From a bacterium (GTDB taxonomy: Bacteria > Bacillota > Clostridia > Lachnospirales > Lachnospiraceae): a DNA stretch of 64,000 nt. Below the pieces are notes generated by a model. It ran no database searches, had not been told where the DNA came from, and worked only from the letters and a program-made list of their open reading frames with translations. The stretch is taken from contig JAMPAG010000003.1 in the NCBI GenBank assembly GCA_023667365.1, forward strand, positions 16,384 to 80,383, written 5' to 3'. The stretch's first letter is position 1, and each line of letters begins with the position of its first letter. The position numbers were made by a program, and so were the translations under genes. This document shows, in pieces, positions 35,572-44,102 of this stretch.

Positions 35572-36437
35572 GCTTTGGATCTTCCCTTTCTCACACGGTG
35601 CTTCTTTTCATCAATGCCCGGCTTATCCTGTATCATTGCAATCTTTTCTTTTACGCCGTCCGCATCCAGATCCCGATACAGTTCTCCTTTATAGGCAACG
35701 CTGACATATCCCGTCTCCTCGGAGACGACCAGCGTCAGCGAATCCGTCGCTTCGGAAATACCGACCGCCGCGCGGTGGCGTGTTCCCAGCTCCTTACTTA
35801 AGTCGCGGTTATCCGATAACGGGAGATAGCAGGTCGCCGACGTAACGCGCTCCCCGCGCACGATCACCGCACCGTCATGGAGCGGGGTGTTGTGCTCAAA
35901 AATATTGATCAGAAGCTGGCTGGTGACAAGACCGTCCACCGTGATTCCCGTTCTCTCGTATTCCGAAAGGGAGTTGGTCTGCTCCATCACGATCAGGGCG
36001 CCGGTCCTCACCCTTCCCATCTCAAAACAGGCGCGCACGATCTCATTCACCGTGCGGTCCGAATATCTTCCGCCGTCCTTGCGCGCCGCTTCAAACGGAA
36101 GGACCGAGTTGAGAAAATTTTTACTGCCAAGCTGTTCCAGCGCTTTGCGCAGTTCCGGCTGCATAATGATCACAACCGCGATCGCCGCAACGCTGATGAC
36201 GTTCTCCGCGATCCACAAAATAGTTGACATATGGAAAAATGCCGCGACTCCGATAAAGGCAAGTATGACAAGAACTCCTTTTAGGAATGCCCATGCTCTG
36301 GTGTTCTTAATCCACACCATGATCTGGTAAACCAAAAAGGAGATAATCAGGATCTCAACAACATCCGTTACCTTCATGTAATTGGGTATGTGTACGGCAG
36401 ACAGGTATTTGTCCGCAAAAGCAGTAAATCTTTCCAT
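35568..36437 (-). CDS. cdaA: Diadenylate cyclase CdaA
   Basis: Three N-terminal TM segments. DAC domain motifs TGALIVMEQ, PLHDGAVIVRGERV, LGTRHRAAVGISE. Confidence 0.93.
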   Translation of the reverse strand: MERFTAFADKYLSAVHIPNYMKVTDVVEILIISFLVYQIMVWIKNTRAWAFLKGVLVILAFIGVAAFFHMSTILWIAENVISVAAIAVVIIMQPELRKALEQLGSKNFLNSVLPFEAARKDGGRYSDRTVNEIVRACFEMGRVRTGALIVMEQTNSLSEYERTGITVDGLVTSQLLINIFEHNTPLHDGAVIVRGERVTSATCYLPLSDNRDLSKELGTRHRAAVGISEATDSLTLVVSEETGYVSVAYKGELYRDLDADGVKEKIAMIQDKPGIDEKKHRVRKGRSKA

Positions 36438-36480
36438 GCCGATCCCATCTGTTCCTATCTTATTTTTGCGTCAGCGCCGC

Positions 36481-37797
36481 TTACGATGATCTATGCGTGC
36501 CGGCGCTTGCGCCGCTGTTTCTTGTCTGCTGCGTCCCCGATGTACTTTTCACCCCTGCCGGCCGCGTCTGCATGGCGCCGCTTCTCGCCGTCGTATACGG
36601 CGCTGCCGCGGATGACGGTTTATGGGAGGAACTGTCCGACGCCGCTTTTTCCAATGCCGCCCTTCCGGGCATTACCGTCGTCCGGTCAGAGACGCCGTAG
36701 TCCGAAGTACTCCTCTCCGTCGCCGCGCGGTCCGAAGTGCTCCTGCCCGTCGTCACACGCTCCGACATGCCTCTGCCCGATGCCGTCCGCTCTGACATTG
36801 TCCGATGCGATGACACATCCTGCGATGCCGTTCTGTGTGAGGCCGCCGCGCTCTCCGTATGCTGCACAGGCTTTCTCGTATCAAGCTTGGTCACGGTCTT
36901 ATCGGGAAGCGTCACAGACATCTTGGGAACTGCCTTAACATAATAATAATATTCATCATCTTCATATTGTATGTGTTCTGTCCTGCTGTAATCAACATTG
37001 AACACAAAAAACTGCAAAACCTTTACGATGCCGACCGCTGCAATACTTCCCACGATCGTTCCCATAATGGAAATGTTCGTATGATATTTCAGATCGCCGA
37101 ACATCAGAATGACCATGCTCATGAGCGCCCCTGTGATCATGGCGATCGTCCAGCAGTGATCCACCGGCATTCTGCGGATAATATAGACAACGATCACGGT
37201 TATCGCAAACGCCGCGACTGCCACGAGCATCGCACGGTCATGCATGATCCCGTCCAAAAAATAACGGAACCGCACAAGCGTACCGTCCGCATCCAGAGAG
37301 TTGATCGCCGGCGCATTCCGGTTGATAAAGCTCAACACATAATAAACAATGACGCCGCATCCGACGGACACGACGGACGCCGGACTTCCCACAAGCCCCA
37401 TGGAAAGCGGCATCACGACCGGTATCTTTAACGCGAAGCAGACCGGTGTCAGCAGCACCGCGATCGTATCCTTCGGTGAAAAACGGAAGTACAGCAAAAA
37501 CATCAACAGATAAAGCACCAGTAATACGATCACGCATTCCCATGACAGACTGTATACATGACCGAGCGAAAACGCAGCCGCCATCACGATCACCAGATTC
37601 AACGGCAAAAACGAACACAACAGCGATACGATCAGGACGACCGCCGTGCTGTTGAGCTGTGTCATATAGCCCAGACTCTTATTGACAAGGAGCAGCGAAA
37701 TAAACGCCGCCGCAAATTTCAGCACCGGAACAAGATATGCCTCATATTTGCTGTAAAAGCTTTTTAATTTTTCTTTTATGACAAGTAATGTAGCCAT
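36481..37797 (-). CDS. Polytopic membrane protein with a long Ser/Thr/Arg-rich repetitive C-terminal tail; unknown function
   Basis: Start at MATLLVIKEKLKSF (ATG 37797, GAGAGGA RBS). About 9 TM segments. The tail is built of degenerate 10-aa repeats (SERTASGRGM/SERVTTGRST/SDRAATERST/SDYGVSDRTT). Confidence 0.55.
   Translation of the reverse strand: MATLLVIKEKLKSFYSKYEAYLVPVLKFAAAFISLLLVNKSLGYMTQLNSTAVVLIVSLLCSFLPLNLVIVMAAAFSLGHVYSLSWECVIVLLVLYLLMFLLYFRFSPKDTIAVLLTPVCFALKIPVVMPLSMGLVGSPASVVSVGCGVIVYYVLSFINRNAPAINSLDADGTLVRFRYFLDGIMHDRAMLVAVAAFAITVIVVYIIRRMPVDHCWTIAMITGALMSMVILMFGDLKYHTNISIMGTIVGSIAAVGIVKVLQFFVFNVDYSRTEHIQYEDDEYYYYVKAVPKMSVTLPDKTVTKLDTRKPVQHTESAAASHRTASQDVSSHRTMSERTASGRGMSERVTTGRSTSDRAATERSTSDYGVSDRTTVMPGRAALEKAASDSSSHKPSSAAAPYTTARSGAMQTRPAGVKSTSGTQQTRNSGASAGTHRSS
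36680..36819 (-). repeat. Degenerate 30-bp in-frame tandem repeats (about 4.5 units) encoding the S/T/R-rich tail of CDS 36481-37797
   Basis: gtccgaagtactcctctccgtcgccgcgcg / gtccgaagtgctcctgcccgtcgtcacacg / ctccgacatgcctctgcccgatgccgtccg / ctctgacattgtccgatgcgatgacacatc. Confidence 0.75.
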
Positions 37798-37816
37798 AAC
37801 TATCCTCTCAATATGA

Positions 37817-38218
37817 CTATTTGTTTTTGGATTCAAGCTGATAAATCTGTGAAAGCTGGCGCAGTCTGCCCATATATGCCTTCTGTCTTTTTTTGGCTTT
37901 TCCGTATTTGAAAGAATAAACGACATAGGAAATGAGCGCATATACGACGATCGTCACAATGTACGCGATCGCCGCCTTGCGCGCAAGCCCCCATAAATCC
38001 ATCTCGTATATCCCGTCCAACAATGTTTCAAAATGATACAACAAATAAATGCCGCACACTAAAAAATAAGCGATGGTCGCACTGATAATGGATTTCAATA
38101 CCTGAAGTCCGATATAGTCGCCTCTGAAATAGCTTCCGATCGCGCCGTTCTTTTTTCCTTCGCCGCTTTCATAGGCTGCCATCCGCGTCATCATAATAAT
38201 CCGCTCTTCGTTTAACAT
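37817..38218 (-). CDS. Small membrane protein (3 TM), unknown function
   Basis: 133 aa, GGGAG RBS. Hydrophobic segments SIISATIAYFLVCGIYLLY and AAIAYIVTIVVYALISYVVY. Confidence 0.5.
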   Translation of the reverse strand: MLNEERIIMMTRMAAYESGEGKKNGAIGSYFRGDYIGLQVLKSIISATIAYFLVCGIYLLYHFETLLDGIYEMDLWGLARKAAIAYIVTIVVYALISYVVYSFKYGKAKKRQKAYMGRLRQLSQIYQLESKNK

Positions 38219-38234
38219 AATACTCCCACGCCGG

Positions 38235-38645
38235 TTATCTGTCCAAGAATCTCATCTTCGGATTCTCGCGATCCTGCTTCTTCGGTTCCGGCTTCGGCGC
38301 CACCGGTTTTCGGATCGCGCTGCTTAGGTCCATTGCCATTTCTTTTTTACATTTTTCGCAGAAACGTCCTGTTTTAATCATCGCTCCACAGTTTTCACAG
38401 CTCACGCCGATCGGGGAATCCTCCGAAAACGCAAGCCGCTCCTCACGGATCCACTGCTGGATCTGAGGAATCTCCACCTCGCACTCCTCAGAGACCATAT
38501 TGATCGTCGCGTCCTTATTGTCGCGGATGAAAGTCTTTACCTGCTGAAATTTCTCCTCCTGCTTTTCCCTGCAGGAAGGACAAATGTGAGGTCCCGCCAC
38601 ATAGTTAAAAATTCTTCCGCACTTTCTGCAATTTCTAACATTCAT
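38235..38645 (-). CDS. YvyF-like flagellar-operon zinc-ribbon protein (TIGR03826-type)
   Basis: MNVRNCRKCGRIFNY...ICPSCREKQEEKFQQVKTFIRDN...VSCENCGAMIKTGRFCEKC. Position directly after comFC as in B. subtilis comFC-yvyF. Confidence 0.7.
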   Translation of the reverse strand: MNVRNCRKCGRIFNYVAGPHICPSCREKQEEKFQQVKTFIRDNKDATINMVSEECEVEIPQIQQWIREERLAFSEDSPIGVSCENCGAMIKTGRFCEKCKKEMAMDLSSAIRKPVAPKPEPKKQDRENPKMRFLDR

Positions 38646-38661
38646 ACTTTCCGCTCCTTTT

Positions 38662-39486
38662 CTAAATTCCGTTGCCGGAAGCCAATGTGATCACATAAAT
38701 ATCCACGATCCCCGCCCGCTTTAGCAGCGCTCCCGCCGCATCCACGGTACTGCCCGTTGTGTAAATATCATCAATTAGTATAATCGTCTTTAATTTTACA
38801 TCATTTCGTATAAATTTGAAAGCCTTTTTCAGATTTTTTTGCCGTTCTTCCCGATTCAGCCCTTTTTGCGGCACCGTATTTTGTTCGCGCACGAGCGCTC
38901 CCTCCAAAACCGGGATACCGAGACGCGCAGAAAGCGCCTCGGCATACAGCGCCGCCTGATTATATCCCCGCTTTTTTTGTTTTGCTCTATGCAGCGGGAT
39001 CGGAATGAGCGCATCGGCATTCCATGAGCGGATGTCCGCCCCAAGCACCCGCACGGTCTCATCCGCGTAAAAAGAAGCATACTCCTGCCTTCCCTCGTAC
39101 TTGAACCGATAAACGGATTCACGGATGTCCTCATAATAAAATAAGGAACGCCCCCGCGTAAAGGCGTGTTCCGCCGCAGCGCAGTCGTGGCAGTAAACCG
39201 TCTGCCCGTCGTTCAATGGCTTCCCGCATTTCGCACAATACACATCCCCAACCGTTTTGACACGCGCGCGGCACGACGGACAGATTCCGCCTGACGTGCC
39301 GGACAAGGTGCCGTCGTCTGCCGTATCGGACAGGCGCTCTCCCGCCGTGCCGGACAGGCGCTCTCCCGCTGCGCCGGACAGGAATCCTCCCGCTGCGCCG
39401 CGCAGGAGTCTGTCGCAGATCGGACAATGCGCCGGATAGAGCAGCTCCGTGACGATCCCGCCGATCCGCCTGACCGCATTTTTCAT
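38662..39486 (-). CDS. comFC: ComF-family protein (ComFC, phosphoribosyltransferase-like) with a repeat insertion in the N-terminal zinc ribbon
   Basis: CPICDRLL...(39-aa G/A/S-rich insert)...CPSCRARV, CAKCGKPL...CHDC, C-terminal PRT motif IILIDDIYTTGSTV. Start at ATG 39486 (AAAGGAAA RBS). An alternative ATG at 39591 (ATGA overlap with the recD2 stop) would add a 35-aa Arg/Glu-rich extension. Confidence 0.8.
   Translation of the reverse strand: MKNAVRRIGGIVTELLYPAHCPICDRLLRGAAGGFLSGAAGERLSGTAGERLSDTADDGTLSGTSGGICPSCRARVKTVGDVYCAKCGKPLNDGQTVYCHDCAAAEHAFTRGRSLFYYEDIRESVYRFKYEGRQEYASFYADETVRVLGADIRSWNADALIPIPLHRAKQKKRGYNQAALYAEALSARLGIPVLEGALVREQNTVPQKGLNREERQKNLKKAFKFIRNDVKLKTIILIDDIYTTGSTVDAAGALLKRAGIVDIYVITLASGNGI
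39300..39398 (-). repeat. About 4 x 24-bp in-frame tandem repeat inside comFC
   Basis: cggacaggcgctctcccgccgtgc / cggacaggcgctctcccgctgcgc / cggacaggaatcctcccgctgcgc, plus a degenerate first unit. Encodes SGAAGERLSGTAGERLS-type sequence between the two CxxC pairs. Confidence 0.85.
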
Positions 39487-39499
39487 ACTGTTTCCTTTT

Positions 39500-39544
39500 C
39501 TCCTGCTTTCTTCTCTCCTGCTTTCTTCTCTCCTGCCTTCTTCT
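39500..39544 (-). repeat. 3 x 15-bp tandem repeat (purine-rich on the sense strand) between the recD2 stop and the comFC ATG at 39486
   Basis: ctcctgctttcttct / ctcctgctttcttct / ctcctgccttcttct. On the sense strand these are AGAAGAAAGCAGGAG units. Confidence 0.85.
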
Positions 39545-39587
39545 CTTTTGCTCCCCGTTCTTTCGTTTTCTCTTCTTTCACTCTGGT

Positions 39588-41825
39588 TCATTGATCCTCT
39601 TTCCGGATCAGCTCTCTCAATCGGTGCGTCAGTCCCGTGTGGCGCTTCTGCTCATCCACATTAGCGATCATCTGTGCGATCGTCTGACGGCTCCCTAATA
39701 TTGTTACGCAGCCACGCGCCCTCGTAATACCCGTATAGAGCAGATTTCGGTTTAAGAGCATACGCGGAGCCGATAAAAGCGGCATGATAATGCCCGGATA
39801 TTCGCTGCCCTGCGATTTATGGATCGTGATCGCATAGGCAAGCTCCAGTTCCTCCAGATGCGCAAATTCATACTCCACAGTCCGTCCCTCGTCAAACTGC
39901 ACCCGCAGAATGCGCGCCGCCTCGTCCACGGATAGGACGCGCCCCATATCCCCGTTAAAGATCCCCGTCCCCCTGTCTACGGGAATCTGATAAGCGCCGA
40001 GCACCTCCCACTCCAGCTGGTAATTATTCTTGATCTGCATGACTTTGTCGCCCTCCCGGAATACGTTCTCCCCAAAGACGTATTCTTTTTTATCAGCAGA
40101 AGGCGGATTTAAGTACTGCTGTAATATCCGGTTCAGGCTTTCCGCGCCGAGCGCCCCCTTCCGCATCGGCGTCAGCACCTGAATCTCAAACGGCTGCGCG
40201 TTCACATATGCAGGCATTTTTCCCGTGATGAGCTGAATCATATGCTTGTAAATCACATTCACATTATCCCGCTCCAAGAAGAAAAAATCCCTGCTCTTAT
40301 TGTCCAGCGCGATCTCCCTGCCCTCATGGATCCGGTGCGCGTTGACCACAATGTCGCTCTCCTCCGCCTGACGGAAGATCTTGTTTAAGACGACCATGGG
40401 AAAGCAGCCGCTCTCCATCAGATCGCGCAGGACCTGCCCCGGTCCGACACTCGGAAGCTGATTGGCGTCTCCCACCAAAATCAGTCTTGTTCCGACCGTA
40501 ACCGCCTTTAGCAGCGCATGAAACAAATAAATATCCACCATCGACATTTCATCAATGATTACTGCGTCCGCCTCCAGCGGATTTTCTTCATTGCGTTCAA
40601 ACCGCACGCGCCCTCCCCGTTCCGAGAGCGCTCCGTTCAGTTCCAGCAGGCGGTGGATCGTCCGCGCCTCATAGCCCGTCGTCTCCTGCATCCGCTTGGC
40701 GGCGCGCCCCGTCGGCGCGGCAAGGTGAAATTCCATTCCCTCCTTGTCAAGTAATTCGATGATTGCTTTTGTCGTCGTCGTCTTTCCCGTCCCCGGACCG
40801 CCGGAAAGAATAAAAACGCCGTTTTTCATCGCTTCTATGACCGCCCTGCGCTGCCGCTCATCCAAAGTCAGGCTCTGCTCCTCCTCGATCCGCCCGATCC
40901 TGCTTAAAAGCCTCTCGTCCTCTTTGGGATCTTCCTCCGCGGCAAGCATCAGATCATGCAGCATCCGCGCGCAGTCCAGTTCCGTATAATAGGCGCTGCT
41001 CCCATACACCGCCGCCATGCTGTCCTGATTTTTGATCACCAGTTTTTTGTCCATCGCCATATTGGGAATGACCGGATCGACCGCATCTTCCGAAAGCCCT
41101 AGCAGCTCTGCCGCGCGTGCGCGCAGGACGGGCAGCGGTAAAAAAAGATGCCCTTCCCCTCCCGCAAGCGAAAGCACATACAGAAGCCCGCTCCGGATCC
41201 GGTAATCCGAATCCACATGAATGCCGATCTTCGCCGCGATCTCATCCGCCGCCTTAAAGCCGATACCGTCAACCTCCTCGGCAAGCCGATACGGATTTTC
41301 CTGTAAAATACCATAGATTTCCGCGCCGTACTGTTGATAAATCTTAACTGCCATTGTATTGGTAATACCGTATTTCTGTAAGAACATCATGGCGTCCCGC
41401 GTGCCTTTTTTGTCCTCAAACTGCGCGGCGATCTCCCGCGCCTTGCGCTCGCTGATTCCCTTGATCTCCGCAAGGCGTTCCGGCTCGCTTTCGATAATGT
41501 GAAACGTTTCCTCCCCAAAACGCGCGACAATACGCGCCGCAAGCGATTCCCCGATGCCTTTGACCGCACCCGATCCGAGATAGCGCTCCATGGAGACCAC
41601 GTCGCTCGGCAGAGTGCTCCGATAACCGCTTGCCTTAAACTGCTTTCCGTAGATCGAATGTTTGACAAATTCGCCGTCCGCCTCGATCGTTTCCCCCTCG
41701 GAAGCGCTGTCAAACGTTCCCGTTACGGTCGTCGCCTTTCCTTCCACGACAAGTTCCAACACGGTATAATGATTTTCTTCATTGCGATAAATCACATGCT
41801 CCACATATCCCCTGATCGTCTCCAA
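39588..41825 (-). CDS. recD2: RecD2-type SF1 ATP-dependent DNA helicase
   Basis: 745 aa. N-terminal OB-like METIRGYVEHVIYRNEENHYTVLEL, HhH region, Walker A ILSGGPGTGKTT, IIDEMSMVD, C-terminal YAITIHKSQGSE. TTG start with GGGAGGA RBS. Confidence 0.9.
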   Translation of the reverse strand: METIRGYVEHVIYRNEENHYTVLELVVEGKATTVTGTFDSASEGETIEADGEFVKHSIYGKQFKASGYRSTLPSDVVSMERYLGSGAVKGIGESLAARIVARFGEETFHIIESEPERLAEIKGISERKAREIAAQFEDKKGTRDAMMFLQKYGITNTMAVKIYQQYGAEIYGILQENPYRLAEEVDGIGFKAADEIAAKIGIHVDSDYRIRSGLLYVLSLAGGEGHLFLPLPVLRARAAELLGLSEDAVDPVIPNMAMDKKLVIKNQDSMAAVYGSSAYYTELDCARMLHDLMLAAEEDPKEDERLLSRIGRIEEEQSLTLDERQRRAVIEAMKNGVFILSGGPGTGKTTTTKAIIELLDKEGMEFHLAAPTGRAAKRMQETTGYEARTIHRLLELNGALSERGGRVRFERNEENPLEADAVIIDEMSMVDIYLFHALLKAVTVGTRLILVGDANQLPSVGPGQVLRDLMESGCFPMVVLNKIFRQAEESDIVVNAHRIHEGREIALDNKSRDFFFLERDNVNVIYKHMIQLITGKMPAYVNAQPFEIQVLTPMRKGALGAESLNRILQQYLNPPSADKKEYVFGENVFREGDKVMQIKNNYQLEWEVLGAYQIPVDRGTGIFNGDMGRVLSVDEAARILRVQFDEGRTVEYEFAHLEELELAYAITIHKSQGSEYPGIIMPLLSAPRMLLNRNLLYTGITRARGCVTILGSRQTIAQMIANVDEQKRHTGLTHRLRELIRKEDQ

Positions 41826-41842
41826 TCTGTTCCTCCCGCCTT

Positions 41843-41867
41843 GCTTTGCCTCTTAAGCTTATCGCGC
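41843..41867 (-). repeat. Partial copy D of the intergenic repeat (terminator-proximal end only)
   Basis: gctttgcctcttaagcttatcgcgc compares with copy B ctttgcttcttaagcttatcgcgc. As in copies A and B, it directly follows an intrinsic terminator. Confidence 0.6.
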
Positions 41868-41873
41868 AAAAAG

Positions 41874-41901
41874 GCTGCTTGGGTAAGCAGCCTTTCTCTA
41901 T
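41874..41901 (-). terminator. Intrinsic terminator of the mbl-rod-gene operon
   Basis: Sense strand AAAGGCTGCTT accc AAGCAGCCTTT followed by TT. Confidence 0.75.
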
Positions 41902-41926
41902 CCGGTTGTTCGTTTTTATCCGCAGA

Positions 41927-42295
41927 TTACTGTCCGCGCTTCATCGCCTCATAGAGCATCTGCGCGATACCCAGTCCGCCCTGCTCCGTGGAAGTGGACG
42001 CGATGGACGCGATCGCCTGCTCCTTAAAGTATGCCGTCAGGCTGTCATCCCCTTTGGTCGAAAAGCCCAGCGAAGACGACGCGCTGTCATCGTCATCAAA
42101 GGAGACGGTCTTCTGCATTTCCTTAAATACCTGCTCCAACAGATAGGACTCAAACTGTTTGCAGGCATTCATCAACTCCTCGTCCGTTGATTCCTTGCTG
42201 ATGGCATTTGCCGCATTCTCCGTCTTCGTCGCCGAAGCGCTCTTCGCCATTTCCAGATAGTCGTTATAACCCAGTGTCAGTCCGCTCATGTCCAT
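41927..42295 (-). CDS. Rod-binding (FlgJ N-terminal-like) flagellar protein
   Basis: ACKQFESYLLEQVFKEMQKT is the rod-binding domain signature. Follows flgG. Strong terminator downstream. Confidence 0.7.
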   Translation of the reverse strand: MDMSGLTLGYNDYLEMAKSASATKTENAANAISKESTDEELMNACKQFESYLLEQVFKEMQKTVSFDDDDSASSSLGFSTKGDDSLTAYFKEQAIASIASTSTEQGGLGIAQMLYEAMKRGQ

Positions 42296-42328
42296 ATAGA
42301 TACCCTCACATTCTACAACTTCACGTTA

Positions 42329-43144
42329 TCAGCTCTTTAGCTGGTTCGCTGTCTGCATCATTTCATCCGTTGTCGTGATCGCCTTGGAATTCATTTCATA
42401 GGCACGCTGCGCGATGATCAGATTGACCATTTCATCCACAACCTTGACGTTGGACGCCTCCAGATAGCCCTGAACAATCTTGCTCTTTTTGAGCGCATCG
42501 TTCTCCGCTTCATTCATCGCTTCTCCGCTCGCGGGCGTCTCCTGATAATATCCACCGTCCGTCTTATACAGACCGGTCGGATTATTGAACTGGTACACGC
42601 CGATCGTCATGCCGAGCTCCTGCGGATTGTTCGTTTCATCGGGATAGCAGAAGCTTCCCTGATCCGTGATCGTGATCTTGCTCACAATCATATCCGGATC
42701 AAACACGATCTCATCGCCCTCCGTATCCAATACCGGATACCCTTCCGCCGTGCAGAGCGTCAGCCCGTCGTTTCCTTCCGAAATAAAGAAGTTACCGTTC
42801 CGCGTATAGTAAGTGCCGCCGTCCAGTCCGCGGATCGAGAAGAATCCTTCGCCTTCAATCGCAAATGCAGTCGGACTCGTTGATTCCCTCATCTCACCCT
42901 GCGTGAAAATGGAACTGATCGACGAATTGCGTACGCCCAGACCTACCTGCGCGCTTCCCGGCTTCTCCTCGCCGTTCGCAGAAGTCGTCCGCGTCTGAAG
43001 CGTCTGGTAGAGCAGCGACTGAAATTCCGCCACATCCGTTTTATATCCCGTCGTATTGACATTGGAAAGATTATGCGCGATCGTATCCACATTAAGCTGC
43101 TGGGCGATCATGCCCGTCGCCGCCGACCATAAAGAACGTACCAT
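42329..43144 (-). CDS. flgG: Flagellar basal-body rod protein FlgG
   Basis: MVRSLWSAATGMIAQQLNVDTIAHNLSNVNTTGYK... and C-terminal GYLEASNVKVVDEMVNLIIAQRAYEMNSK. Confidence 0.92.
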   Translation of the reverse strand: MVRSLWSAATGMIAQQLNVDTIAHNLSNVNTTGYKTDVAEFQSLLYQTLQTRTTSANGEEKPGSAQVGLGVRNSSISSIFTQGEMRESTSPTAFAIEGEGFFSIRGLDGGTYYTRNGNFFISEGNDGLTLCTAEGYPVLDTEGDEIVFDPDMIVSKITITDQGSFCYPDETNNPQELGMTIGVYQFNNPTGLYKTDGGYYQETPASGEAMNEAENDALKKSKIVQGYLEASNVKVVDEMVNLIIAQRAYEMNSKAITTTDEMMQTANQLKS

Positions 43145-43211
43145 TCTGATTTCCTCCTATACTGCCATGACCCTTATCTGATCACTGCAAAGTGCCCGCT
43201 ATGCGGATTGC

Positions 43212-43997
43212 TTATACCTTGCCGATCTGATTGACTGCAATGTCAAGCGACCGGTCAAGCGTTGTGATGACCTTCTGATTCGCCTCATAATTGCGCTGGA
43301 TCGTGATCATATTGACCATTTCCTGAACGCTTTCCACATTAGACTGCTCTAAATACCCCGAATGAACGCGTGCTGTCGAATCCTGCAGCTGCGCACCCTC
43401 GATCGCACGGTAGTAATTCTCACCGTATTTTGCGAGATAATCATAATCTTCAAATTCCGTGATCTGAAGCGTTGCCATCAGTTCATCATTCTGATAAATG
43501 CCGCCGGTCTGATCGATATAGGTGTCCGCCGTCGGATCAAGCTGAATACGCTCTAAACCGCCGCCCGCCGACCTTCCGAGCACATAATCGCCATTGTCAT
43601 TGACAAGATACCCCGCCGTATTCACGGTAAACCCGCCGTCACGCGTATACAGCGTCATCGTCTCATCATTTTTGTTTGTGAACTCAATGTTAAAAAATCC
43701 GCTGCCGCTCAACGCCAGATCGTATGTATTGTCGGTATTGCGGAACGCCCCCTGCGTCCAATCCGTATAATTCTCTCCGATCTTTACGCCGAGATTCATC
43801 TGTCCGATGTAACTGCCGTATCCCGGCGTCGTCACATCCTTGAGACGGTACGCGAGCACGTCGGAAAACGCTTCGTTTGTCGCGCCCTCTTTCTTAAACC
43901 CGACCGTATTGACATTCGCAAGATTATTCGTCATCGTATCCATGCGTTTCTGCTGATTTACCATTCCGGTATACGCCGTATATAATCCTCTGAGCAT
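43212..43997 (-). CDS. Flagellar basal-body rod protein (FlgF/FlhO-like)
   Basis: MLRGLYTAYTGMVNQQKRMDTMTNNLANVNTVGFK... and C-terminal GYLEQSNVESVQEMVNMITIQRNYEANQK. Confidence 0.88.
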   Translation of the reverse strand: MLRGLYTAYTGMVNQQKRMDTMTNNLANVNTVGFKKEGATNEAFSDVLAYRLKDVTTPGYGSYIGQMNLGVKIGENYTDWTQGAFRNTDNTYDLALSGSGFFNIEFTNKNDETMTLYTRDGGFTVNTAGYLVNDNGDYVLGRSAGGGLERIQLDPTADTYIDQTGGIYQNDELMATLQITEFEDYDYLAKYGENYYRAIEGAQLQDSTARVHSGYLEQSNVESVQEMVNMITIQRNYEANQKVITTLDRSLDIAVNQIGKV

Positions 43998-44102
43998 GTC
44001 TGCCTCCTCACCCGTTCCTTTATTGTCTTTTATCTGAAACAGATCGCGTCCGGGTTACGATTTCCTAATCAGTCAAAAAGAAACCGCCTCCTGCGCGCCG
44101 CT

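Noticed and set aside
39300-39544. Possible CRISPR array suggested by the short tandem repeats (also 3255-3362 and 36680-36819).
   Set aside because: The units are contiguous with no spacers, are 15-36 bp long, lie in frame within or next to coding sequence, and no cas genes are present.
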